DNA of 64,000 bases, taken from the NCBI GenBank assembly GCA_965205505.1, contig CBDBHB010000009.1, positions 384,001-448,000 on the forward strand. Direction: 5' to 3'. Position numbers and translations under genes: made by a program. Positions within the stretch are counted from its first letter, which is position 1. Each line of letters opens with the position of its first letter. Positions 1 through 9,628 of the stretch are shown here, one piece after another. The notes beneath the pieces are model-generated. The model saw only the letters and a program-made list of their open reading frames with translations, did no database searches and was not told the DNA's origin. Origin of the DNA: Acidobacteriota bacterium. Its GTDB lineage: Bacteria > Acidobacteriota > UBA890 > WLXD01.

Positions 1-2
1 CT

Positions 3-1223
3 CAGGAAGGGCCCGATCCGAATCGCCCAGGTGCGAATGAGGTGATTGAGTACGACGTTCCGGACGAGGTCGATATCGACTACGAGGTACTGGACAACAT
101 CGACACTGCGTCGTCGGAGTTCGGCGTCGTGCCGTTGCCAGCCAACGTTGGCAAGACCCTGACGGGCCTGTTCAGTAAATACACGAAACACGTCGCTCCC
201 AACGGCAAGCCGATCCATATCCTCGGCCAGTCGCGGGTGAGCGATCTACAGATGGCCCGGGCTCGGGAAATCCTCCGATACCACCTCACGAATGCGCCTA
301 GTACCAGGTATGGACGTGAAAAGACTGCGATCGCCAACCGCATGGGAGACGTGCGCGCGACGCTCATCTACACAGACACGCAAGCCAGGGCGTTTGCGAT
401 GTACGACATCATCGGGGAGTCGGAACTCGCTCTCCAGGACCTGTATGCCACGGAATCTCCCGTGGAGGGCGACTACGTTTACCTCCACAACGAGGCCGAG
501 CCGGGAGGGTTCTTCACGCGTGACGCCTCCTACGAGGAGATCATGCATCTGGTGCACGCGAAAGGCATCGAGGGGGCGCTTCCCGGGTACCACGCAGCGA
601 TCGAGAAAGCTGAGCAGCGCGCTGTAGATGCCGGGATATACAAGTACGGGTCGCCCGCGCCCCACGAGTACATTATCAGCGGCTTCGATATCTATTTCGG
701 CTTGTGGGACCACGATCCCCAGGGCGACGGTACCTCCTACGGTGATGAGTACCCGTACCACACACGCGCTGAGATGATGGCCGGCGACCGGCCGTTGTTC
801 GACCTGGTCAAGGAGTTCTGGCCCGAATACCTAACCTATAACGCCTACATCGATCCCTCGTTCGAAGGGACGTTCATGATGGTTCACGACGATGCCGTCG
901 AATACACGCACAAGTCGCGGTTTCTCGTGGAGATCACCCTGACGGGAAACAAGGACACGAACGTCTTGGGCAACGACCAGAGCAACATCTTGACGGGCAA
1001 CGAAGGCGACAATGCGTTCATCGGTGGTGCCGGAGACGACGTGATCGCGGGTGGGGCTGGAACCGATCGAGCAACCTTCGCCGGGGTAGCATCCGAGTAC
1101 CGAGTCGAGTCGATGGGATCGACTACAACAGTGACCGACACCGTGGACCGCCGTGACGGGGCGGACGAGTTAACAGGGGTCGAGATCCTCGTTTTTCGGG
1201 ACGGGGAAGTTCGGGTCGAGTAG
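3..1223 (+). CDS. EExxH zincin-like protein with C-terminal RTX-like Ca-binding repeats (family member A; 5' end probably outside the window)
   Basis: Frame is open to the window edge; APNGKPIHIL, RDASYEEIMHLVH, PHEY; GGAGDDVIAGGAGTD repeats; clear paralog of 19619-22414 and 56641-57894. Confidence 0.8.
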   Translation, partial: QEGPDPNRPGANEVIEYDVPDEVDIDYEVLDNIDTASSEFGVVPLPANVGKTLTGLFSKYTKHVAPNGKPIHILGQSRVSDLQMARAREILRYHLTNAPSTRYGREKTAIANRMGDVRATLIYTDTQARAFAMYDIIGESELALQDLYATESPVEGDYVYLHNEAEPGGFFTRDASYEEIMHLVHAKGIEGALPGYHAAIEKAEQRAVDAGIYKYGSPAPHEYIISGFDIYFGLWDHDPQGDGTSYGDEYPYHTRAEMMAGDRPLFDLVKEFWPEYLTYNAYIDPSFEGTFMMVHDDAVEYTHKSRFLVEITLTGNKDTNVLGNDQSNILTGNEGDNAFIGGAGDDVIAGGAGTDRATFAGVASEYRVESMGSTTTVTDTVDRRDGADELTGVEILVFRDGEVRVE

Positions 1224-1447
1224 ATGCTTCGCGCGGCGACGCACCCGACATAACCAACGGGCATGTGGATCATGTATTCGAGGGCGAAGGGCGACAGAAG
1301 CGGCTCGCCTATCCCATCGCTCCGGTTGGCGCATCAGTGCCCTACAACCACCCCGCGTTTTCCGTGTCGAATGACGGAACGTGGTTTGTCGTCGGCAGCC
1401 GCACGGGGAGCCGGGCCGATCTGATGCTGGTGGAAGGCCTGCGCTGA
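1224..1447 (+). pseudogene. C-terminal remnant of a PD40/TolB-like beta-propeller protein
   Basis: Ends FSVSNDGTWFVVG...RADLMLVEGLR, resembling the last blade and tail of acidobacterial Tol-like proteins; no N-terminus, begins right after the previous stop. Confidence 0.5.
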
Positions 1448-1498
1448 AGGGTGTTGGACGAACTCACTAATCATCGCCGCGGGGAAGATCCGCCGGCT

Positions 1499-2995
1499 CT
1501 ATTGCGATTGTTGGCCCAGCAGCCGCTGGTATTGCTGCAACGCGTCGGCCTCTAGGCCCGTATGTCCAAGCCGACCATAGGCCGTGGCCAGGTTCAGGAA
1601 GTGGGCTGGATTGTCGGGGTCCAGCTCGATCGCGGCTTGGTACGCGGGCACCGCCGCGGCTGTTTCTGAGAGTGCCAACAGGACGTTGCCGATGGCCGCG
1701 TGCGTCGGTGCGTACAACGGGTTGATGTTGCGGATAGCCTCCAGCGCCTCGAGTGCCGCGTCGTGGCTTCCGGTGCGATGCAGGAGGATGCCGCGCAGGT
1801 ACAGCGCCTCGAAGTGGTCCGGGCGGAGTGCCAGGGTCCGATCAGTGGCAGCAAGTGCGGCGGACAGATCACCGGAGCGCAGCTCGACCTGCGCCACCAT
1901 GATCAGAACATCGGGGTCATCGGACACCTCCACGGCCAGTTGCCGGGCGGCCTGGCGAACCGCATCGAGGTCGCTCGTGGCCAGTGCAGCGGCGGTGTCC
2001 TTCAGCTGCTCGATGCGCCGCGCCCGCTCTTCCAGATCGACACGGGCTCGCGACAACTCCTGGAACCGGGCCTGGTAAACGCCTGCTGTCTCGCGGTCGC
2101 CCAGCCGCGCGTGAACGAGCGCCAGCCGGTAGTGAGCGTCGGCTTGACCGGGGTCCAGCGCGAGGCTCCGGTCGAGTGCCTCGAGAGCTGCATCCAGATT
2201 GCCCAATGTGCCGTGGACACGACCGATCAGATAAAGCGCCATGGCGTTGTCGGGGTCGGCCTTCACGGCCCGCTCGAGGTGTCGTATGGCGCGCTCATGC
2301 TTCTCGGGCAGGTCTGCCAGCGCCATGCCCAAGCCGAAGTGGGCCTGCCCAAGGTCCGGATCGAGCTCGAGGACGCGCTCGAGAGTGGCCACCGCCCCAT
2401 CGATGTCGCCATCCAGGTATTGCTCGCCGCCGAGCTGGGTCATTGCCACTACGTCGGTCGGCCGCAGCCCGACGTAGCCGTGCAGGTGCCGAATCGCATC
2501 GCCGTGAAACGCCAGTTGCACTGCGGCTCCCGCTGCCTTGCGGTATCCGGCCGGTAGCGCCGGTGCTGCCTCGCTCGCCCTCTCGTAGTAAGCCAGCGCC
2601 TCCTCCAGGTTGCCGGCATCCGATTGCATGTCGCCCAAGGCGACCAGCGCGCCAGCGTTGGTCGGCTGCAGGCGCAGCGCACGGAGGTACTCGCGTGCGG
2701 CAGCACCGGGATCCCCGGATCGGCGGAACGCATGACCGTGCCAAAGTGCTATTTGGGTCGACTCGGGTTGCTCGGCTGCAAGCGCCGCAAGCAGGGTGAG
2801 GACCTCCTCGACCCGTCCCGACAGCACGGCGCTGCGCGCCACGCGCAGTTGCGGGTCGGGCTCAGCTTGCTGTTCTGTCTGCGGTGCTATCGCGAACGCC
2901 GCGGTCGCCGACATCAGCCCCGCCACGAGCACCTCTCTCAGGATCGTGGCATGAGTCCAGGGCGTCACGACGCCAACTCCTCCTCCGTGGGACAT
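1499..2995 (-). CDS. Tetratricopeptide repeat protein, probably exported
   Basis: Many TPR-type repeats (ALVALG...A...YERA, AHYRLALVHARLG); hydrophobic N-terminal segment. Confidence 0.85.
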   Translation of the reverse strand: MSHGGGVGVVTPWTHATILREVLVAGLMSATAAFAIAPQTEQQAEPDPQLRVARSAVLSGRVEEVLTLLAALAAEQPESTQIALWHGHAFRRSGDPGAAAREYLRALRLQPTNAGALVALGDMQSDAGNLEEALAYYERASEAAPALPAGYRKAAGAAVQLAFHGDAIRHLHGYVGLRPTDVVAMTQLGGEQYLDGDIDGAVATLERVLELDPDLGQAHFGLGMALADLPEKHERAIRHLERAVKADPDNAMALYLIGRVHGTLGNLDAALEALDRSLALDPGQADAHYRLALVHARLGDRETAGVYQARFQELSRARVDLEERARRIEQLKDTAAALATSDLDAVRQAARQLAVEVSDDPDVLIMVAQVELRSGDLSAALAATDRTLALRPDHFEALYLRGILLHRTGSHDAALEALEAIRNINPLYAPTHAAIGNVLLALSETAAAVPAYQAAIELDPDNPAHFLNLATAYGRLGHTGLEADALQQYQRLLGQQSQ

Positions 2996-3157
2996 CTCAA
3001 GAGACCATCATGCGTCAGCTGGCACGCCAGGAGAAGGTCAGAGCGGCCACCCGATCCGTTGCAAAACCGGGCGTCCAACATAGAAAACTGCGATCTAGTT
3101 ACACGCTTCCGAAGAGAGGCGGTCGGAAACGACCGTCACGCTCACAGGAAACCTGAT

Positions 3158-5697
3158 ATGCGCGTCGTCGAGAGGATGACCACAAGAGCCGGTACGGCTG
3201 GGCTTTGCACCAGCAGTGCCGCAATCGGTGCGGTCTGTCTGGTGGTGCTGCTTCCACTGACGGCTCATGCGCAGGTCGCCAGAACCGGCCTGGTTACCGG
3301 CCAGGTCACCGATCCCGACGGCCTGGCCCTGCCGGGTGCCACCGTCATGCTCAGCTCCCCCAGCCAGATCGGTGGCGACCAGACCGCCACATCCGGCGCC
3401 AATGGTGAGTTCAGGTTCCCGGCGTTGGAGCCTGGTCTCTACTCGGTCGCCGTCTCGATGGACGGCTTCAACTCCGAGCAACAGACCGATGTTCGCGTAC
3501 GCTCAGGCTTGGCATCGAACGTCGGCTTTTCGCTGACTCTCGGTGTCACCGACACGGTCACGGTGCGCGGCGCCGCACCGCAGGTCGACATCCGGTCATC
3601 GGCGTCCGCCGAGACGCACATGGACGCAGAGTTCTTCCAGGCGTTGCCTACGAATCGGAGCCTCGAGAACTTGATCAACCTCGTCCCGGGCGCCGTCGGT
3701 CGCGCCGTGAGCGGCGGCACCCAAAACGGCACGCAGTGGAACGTAGACGGGACCAACCAGAACGATCCTGAAGGAGGAGAGGGCGATATCAGCGTCGACT
3801 TCGACAATATCGCCGAGGTGAGCTTTTCCGGTGTCGGCGGGGAGGCCCAGATCGGTGGGTACAGCGGGATCGTGGTGAGCGCGATTACCAAGTCGGGCTC
3901 GAACAACGTTCACGGTGCGGCCAACTTCTTCTACCGCGGCGATGGCTTCAATTCGCAGAACTCCGACAACCCGGAGTTCAGGCGCGAGGTCAACAACAAC
4001 CGCAGCTGGCACGTCGACATCGGCGGACCGCTCGCTCGCGACAAGCTATGGGGCTACGGTTCCTTCCGACGAAACGTTTTCAACGAGCGGGCGGAGCTCG
4101 CCGGCGACCTGGCGGGCTTCTCCAGGGACAACGAGGCCTTCGGGAAGCTCACCTGGCAGCTGAGCCCGAGCGACAAGCTCCAGAGCAGCCTTGTCTGGCA
4201 GAAAGACGACAGCCAGGACGCCTCGGACCGGTTCGTCGCACCAGAAGCAACCTTCGGCCCGTTCGAGAAAAGGCTCACCTTCAATCTCGATTATCTGCAC
4301 GTCTTTTCGCCGAACACCTACCTCGATGCCAAGGTCGGCCTGAGGGATAGCCAGGGCGGCGACTTCAAGAATAGCGGGGGCCTCCCGGCCGCCCACTTCG
4401 ATATCGCCACGGAACGGCTCACCGGAAGCCCGGGCTGGTTCTTCGACAAGACCAGGAACCGCTATCAGGGCAACGTTGCGTTGACCCACTTTGCAGATGA
4501 TTTTCTGGGCGGCTCACACGATTTCAAGGCTGGGATCTCGGGCGACGTAGCGTACCCCTTTACGACCCAGGGTCTCAGCGGGTCGCCGCCCGCCTACTAC
4601 GTCGACTACGACGGACAGCCGCTGTACCGGTATGACTTTCAGAGCACCGCCATCGACCCAAAGGGCACCACGGTGGCCTTCTTCGTTCAGGACTCATGGA
4701 CCCTCAACAACGGTCGGCTGACGATGAATCCCGGCTTGCGGCTCAGTCATTGGTTCGGCAAGAACAAGGGGTTCGTCGGCCCGTGCTGTGGCGAGCCGGG
4801 ATTCGACGTCACCGGAAGTGACTACGCTCCGGCGTGGGGCGTCTCGCCGCGGCTCGGGCTTGTCTACGATCTTCTCGGCGACGGCACGACCGCGGTGAAA
4901 GCGCACTACGGCAGGTACTACGAGCAGCTCATCGCCGGAATGTACGGTGCCTTCAGCTCCTTCCCAGGCATCCAGTTCCGCTTCTCCTTCTGGGATCCCG
5001 AAGCCAACGACTGGGTGGTCGCCTTCGAGGAACGCTCGGAGGGGGGCACACCGATCGACCCCAATGTGAAGATGCCGAACTTCACCGAGTTCAGCGTGGG
5101 TATAGAACGACAGCTCACCCAGGATTTCTCTGTCGAGGTCACGGGCATCGTCAGAGAGACCAACAGCTTCATGGACCAGGTGCGGCTGAATGGCGTGTGG
5201 GTTCCGGTGGAGGTCTTCGACGCGGCCGGCAACTCCTTCACCGTCTACGACATCCTCAACGCTGACGATGGCGTGTTCATCCAAACGAACCCCACGACGC
5301 TTCCCGATCTCCTGCCCCCCACCGAATGCGATCCCTTCGCGCAGAGCCGAAAATACTGGGCGATCGAGGTCTCCATGGAGAAGAGATTCTCCAACCGGTG
5401 GCAGCTGTTGGGCTCGTATGTGTACAGCCAAGCAAGGGGCACGGACGACACCGATTTCTCGGAAGGGGAAGGTCGCGGCTCGTCGCTCGGCTTCTCCTCG
5501 TTGTGGACCGACCCGAACACGCGCTTCGGCGGCTACGGCCCCATGTCCCACGATGTCCCGCATCAGATCAAGTTGTCGGGCTCGGTGGTCTTGCCATACG
5601 AGATCCTCTTTGGCGCCTTCTACAACGGCCTCTCCGGACGTGCCTACACCAAGACGGTGAGCTTCCGCGGCGATTTCGAAAGCGACAACCGCACGAG
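3158..5697 (+). pseudogene. TonB-dependent receptor with N-terminal carboxypeptidase-regulatory-like domain, 3'-truncated (ORF runs on out of context to 6160)
   Basis: Signal peptide AHA/Q; GQVTDPDGLALPGATV; TKSGSNNVHG; FFVQDSW; SPRLGLVYD; barrel-like sequence stops after FESDNRT and the terminal strand/Phe is absent. Confidence 0.8.
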
Positions 5698-6231
5698 AGC
5701 GACGTGGGCAAGTGGGACGAAGGTCCGACAGAGCTCATCATGCTCAAGCCAGAGAGAGACCTCTGGAAGGGGCTCGGCAGCGACCGCGAGCGGCAGCGGT
5801 TCATCGGCTGGTTCTGGGCGCGCCGCGATGACGACCTTCGCGACACCGAGCAACCGGTCAAGCGCGGCTTCTACACACGAGTTGCCGAGGCCAACTCGCG
5901 ATTCCACGAGATACCTCGCGGGTGGCGGACCGATCGAGGTCGCGTTTGGGTGGTGCTCGGACGGCCCGATAGCGTCGACACGGATTTTTCGGACACGCAG
6001 GCTGTCTGGAACTACTTCGTGCCTGGCTTGGAATCGGTCTTGGCGTTCAACAGCGACGCCGGAGACTTGCGGGTACGGTTCTCGCGAAGGCCGCCACGGT
6101 CGTATCGAATCGCCGGCGGGTTCGGCCCCGGAGCCTGGCCGGACTACGTTCTGCGCTTAATGCAGCTGATGAGCGAGGCCATGGTTGCCAATCCCGACCT
6201 GGAATTCGACGGCGCGGCCCCGGTGCCTTGA
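5698..6231 (+). pseudogene. GWxTD domain protein lacking its N-terminus/start
   Basis: WDEGPTELIM...ERQRFIGWFWARRD...GWRTDRGRVWVVLGRPD in a different frame from the TBDR; stop overlaps the next start. Confidence 0.8.
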
Positions 6232-8474
6232 TCGCGACTCAGGCGAGCCTGCCCCGACGGATCGCATGGATGGCTACGTCTGGCCTGCTTGTCATGGGAG
6301 CGGGCGTTGCCACGGCGTCAGCAGGCCGTGGTGAGAGAGTGGTGGGTCTGGTAGCCGGAAGCCCCCACACGCAGCAGATTGCGCTCGATCCGTACCCGAA
6401 GCTGGAGGCGCGAGATCTGCCAACGCGCCACCGCGACTGGCTGGAGACGGAGGTCCGCTGGATCATCACCGGCGACGAGCGCGATCTGTTCCTTCGATTA
6501 GACACCGACGCCAAGCGTGACCGGTTCATGGATGCGTTCTGGCTGCGCCGCGACCCGACCCCCGGGACCCCGCGCAACGAGTACTTCACGGCTCACTACG
6601 AGCGGCTCGCCTACGTCGACCACGAGTTCGGCCGCTATTCGCCGGGCCCCGGATGGCGCACCGCCATGGGCAGGATCTACGTGCTGCTCGGCGAGCCCGA
6701 GGCCCGCCACCGGCATCACAACGAGAGAGCCGTCCATCCCGTGGAGGTCTGGTTCTACCAGATGGACCCGAAGGTGGGTGTTCCGGTTTTCTTCTACGTG
6801 GTCTTCTTTCGCGAGCGGGGGGTGGGTGAGTTCGAGCTCTACAGCCCGCTCATCGACGGACCCAGCGCGTTGCTCAACGCGTCGGGGCTGGAGGCCGTAA
6901 GACGAGCCGGGCGACGAGGAGGCCAAGGGTTCGGCTTCGACGCGCTGCCAGGCGGCGGGACGGCAGCCTACGACATGCTGCAGTCGATTAGCCCGGATCT
7001 TGCCGACGCCGCTTTCAGCCTGATTCCGGGCGAGGCACGGCTGGGCTCGCCGTTGCGGTCGGACACCCTGATGGCGCAGATCTTCGAGATTCCGGACCGT
7101 GTGGTGCCGACGATCGAGTGGGCCTACCCGATTCTGACCGGCGCGGCCGACTCGCTGGTGCGATTCGACGCCCTGCAGGTGGAGGTGCGTGCGATCGGCT
7201 GGCTCGACCCCGCCGGGTTGCCGTTCGTCAGCTTCGTGGCGCGCGCGCCGGAGGCGTTCAACCTCGGTGAACACGAGGGGCGCCGCTACCTGAGGTTCAC
7301 GGTGGCGACGTACTTGATGGATAGCACCGGGACCGTGGTGGAGGGCGCACCTTCGCGGCTCATCGAAAGCAGCCTCGACGCGGAGCAGCAGGGCCGGGTG
7401 CGCCGGGGGGAGCTTCTGTACATCGATCGGTTGCCGGCCATCGCCGGTCGTCTGGAGCTGGACGTGGTTCTGGAGAACAACCTGACGCGCAAGTTCGGAA
7501 AAGCAAGCGCGACCGTGGAGGTTCCCGGGCCGCACCCGACGGAGCTTGCGCTCGGCCAACCGGTTCTCTGCTTCGATGCCGCGCCCCTGGGCGAGGGCTA
7601 CGACCGCTTCGGGACGCATCTTCCGTTTCAGGTCGGCGACGTCGCGCTGGCTCCGACGGTCGATGGCCCGTTTCCCGTCGGCGGGCAGTTGCTGGTGTTT
7701 CAGCAGGTGCTGATTCCCGCCTCCCGTGAGGAGCCGTTCAGCGTGGCGTATGCGCTCGCCGATGAGTCGGGAGTGATCGTCGCTGGTCGGCAGTTGACCG
7801 TAGAGCCCGAGCTGGCCAACCAGTTCGGCGTGTTGAACCAGATCACGAGCTTGCAGCTCGACGTCGATCCTGGCGCCTACACGCTGCGGGTACAGCTCAG
7901 CGAAGGCGGCCGGGGGCGGAGCCTTCCGGTGATTGTGCGCCAGTCGGCGGAACGCCCAATCGCTCACGCTGCAGCCACGCCGCCGTCGACTGATCCGAGG
8001 GCGCTGACTCGCCGCGCCGCCCTGCTGCGTACGGTAGGCTGGGTCGACGAAGCCATCGCGTTTCTTGATGACGTGCTGTCGCGGGCCCCGGAGCTCGAGG
8101 TAGCGCTCGGTCTGCAGATCGAGCTGCTACGTGACGCCGGGCACTACGAGCGCCTCGAGGAGCTCGTGACACCCCGCCTCATCGAACGCCCCCAAGATGT
8201 CGCGCTCTTGCTCCTGCTGGCCGAGGCGAACGCGCGACAGGGTAAGCACTACGATGCTATTCGTTACTACGAGCGCGCCCGGCTTGGAGGCAGCGACGAC
8301 GTGGAGGTGCTCAATGCCCTGGCCACCGAGTACCTGGCGAGTGTCGAGCCCGATGGCGACAACCTGGATAGGGCAGTCGACCTGCTGCGTCGGTCGCTCG
8401 AGCTCGATGTGTCGCAGGCGGGAGTGCGAGCGATGCTCGAACGGATCACCAAGGCCGCCACAGAACGTCGCTGA
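6228..8474 (+). CDS. GWxTD domain protein with C-terminal TPR repeats
   Basis: WLETEVRWII, FWLRRDPTPGTPRNE, GWRTAMGRIYVLLGEP; signal peptide; TPRs. Confidence 0.9.
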   Translation: MIATQASLPRRIAWMATSGLLVMGAGVATASAGRGERVVGLVAGSPHTQQIALDPYPKLEARDLPTRHRDWLETEVRWIITGDERDLFLRLDTDAKRDRFMDAFWLRRDPTPGTPRNEYFTAHYERLAYVDHEFGRYSPGPGWRTAMGRIYVLLGEPEARHRHHNERAVHPVEVWFYQMDPKVGVPVFFYVVFFRERGVGEFELYSPLIDGPSALLNASGLEAVRRAGRRGGQGFGFDALPGGGTAAYDMLQSISPDLADAAFSLIPGEARLGSPLRSDTLMAQIFEIPDRVVPTIEWAYPILTGAADSLVRFDALQVEVRAIGWLDPAGLPFVSFVARAPEAFNLGEHEGRRYLRFTVATYLMDSTGTVVEGAPSRLIESSLDAEQQGRVRRGELLYIDRLPAIAGRLELDVVLENNLTRKFGKASATVEVPGPHPTELALGQPVLCFDAAPLGEGYDRFGTHLPFQVGDVALAPTVDGPFPVGGQLLVFQQVLIPASREEPFSVAYALADESGVIVAGRQLTVEPELANQFGVLNQITSLQLDVDPGAYTLRVQLSEGGRGRSLPVIVRQSAERPIAHAAATPPSTDPRALTRRAALLRTVGWVDEAIAFLDDVLSRAPELEVALGLQIELLRDAGHYERLEELVTPRLIERPQDVALLLLLAEANARQGKHYDAIRYYERARLGGSDDVEVLNALATEYLASVEPDGDNLDRAVDLLRRSLELDVSQAGVRAMLERITKAATERR
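6318..6346 (-). repeat. Diverged copy of the 28-bp CTAG-ended repeat, in frame inside the GWxTD gene
   Basis: TCAGCAGGCCGTGGTGAGAGAGTGGTGGG vs reverse-complement consensus CTAGCAGGCCGTGGTGAAAGTGTGGCGGG (24/29). Confidence 0.7.
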
Positions 8475-8485
8475 GGGAGGTGTAT

Positions 8486-9592
8486 ATGGCCGAAGGGACG
8501 ATACCGATCGTTGGAGCCAAGAACACGACCAAGTCGGTGTTGCTGGCGATCTTCCTCGGGGTAGCGTCGGCTGCCTGCTCACAGCCGGCTTCCCAATCGC
8601 TACCGACGCCCGCTCCACCGCCCGGATCCGACTACGAGGGTGCTGCTTTCGAGTTCCAGCCGATCTCCGACAATGTCTACCTGGCCGTTGAAACGGGGAA
8701 TCTGGGAGCGTGGTGCAACGCTGTTGTCATCGTCAACGACAGCGATGTTCTGCTGGTGGAATCGCATGTTTCACCAGCTGCCGCCTGGGCTCTGCTACGG
8801 GAGCTGAAAGAGATCACCGACAAACCGGTTCGCTATGTCGTCAACACCCACTTCCACTTCGACCATCTGCATGGCAACCAGATCTACGGTGACGACGTAG
8901 AGATCATCGGCCATGAGTTCACCCGCCAGATGGTGCTCGCGGGAGATTCGAATCGGGGACGTACCTACGACTACTTCGCCGGTTTCATGCCGGGACGGAT
9001 CGAGGAGCTCGAGGCCGAGCTCGCAGCCGCAGAGGAGCCCGATCGGACCGGGGAGCTTCGGCATAAGCTGGAGGTCCTGCGCAATATGCGACTGGCGATG
9101 GATTCGGTCGTTCCGACACCGCCGAACCTGACGTTGACGGATCGGATGACGCTGCATCGTGGGGGGCGCGAGATCCAGCTACTGTTCCTCGGGCGCGGCC
9201 ACACCGGGGGCGACGTGGTCGTCTACCTTCCCGCCGAGAGGGTTCTCATTACCGGCGATCTGCTTACCGCAGGGCTTCCCTGGATGGGTGACGGGTTCCC
9301 ATGGGAGTGGGCCGACACGTTGGAGCGGTTCAAGGCGCTGGACTTCGACGTCATGCTGCCGGCACATGGGCGCGCCATTCGCGACCTCGAGCGAATCGAC
9401 CAGTGGCAGGCGTACCTTCGCGACTTCTGGACGATCACGGCTGCAATGCACGAGCAAGGCATGCCCGCACAAGAGGCGGCACAGCGGGTCGATCTGCGGT
9501 CCCACGCCGGAGACTATCCGCGGCTCGCCGAGATCGGTGCCGAGCTGCTCGAGGTCGAGCGCGTCTACGAACTACTCGATGGCGTCGAGTAG
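8486..9592 (+). CDS. MBL-fold metallo-hydrolase (cyclase-like), lipoprotein
   Basis: THFHFDH, GHT, GD, PAHG motifs; GGAGG RBS; SAAC lipobox-like. Confidence 0.9.
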   Translation: MAEGTIPIVGAKNTTKSVLLAIFLGVASAACSQPASQSLPTPAPPPGSDYEGAAFEFQPISDNVYLAVETGNLGAWCNAVVIVNDSDVLLVESHVSPAAAWALLRELKEITDKPVRYVVNTHFHFDHLHGNQIYGDDVEIIGHEFTRQMVLAGDSNRGRTYDYFAGFMPGRIEELEAELAAAEEPDRTGELRHKLEVLRNMRLAMDSVVPTPPNLTLTDRMTLHRGGREIQLLFLGRGHTGGDVVVYLPAERVLITGDLLTAGLPWMGDGFPWEWADTLERFKALDFDVMLPAHGRAIRDLERIDQWQAYLRDFWTITAAMHEQGMPAQEAAQRVDLRSHAGDYPRLAEIGAELLEVERVYELLDGVE

Positions 9593-9628
9593 TGGCTGCA
9601 ACGACCGAACGCTCAGTGCACCGCCGGC

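Noticed and set aside
2624-6160. 1178-aa ORF as one intact protein
   Set aside because: N-terminal 178 aa overlap the antisense TPR gene and promoter gap; the C-terminal part is an off-frame read of the GWxTD fragment
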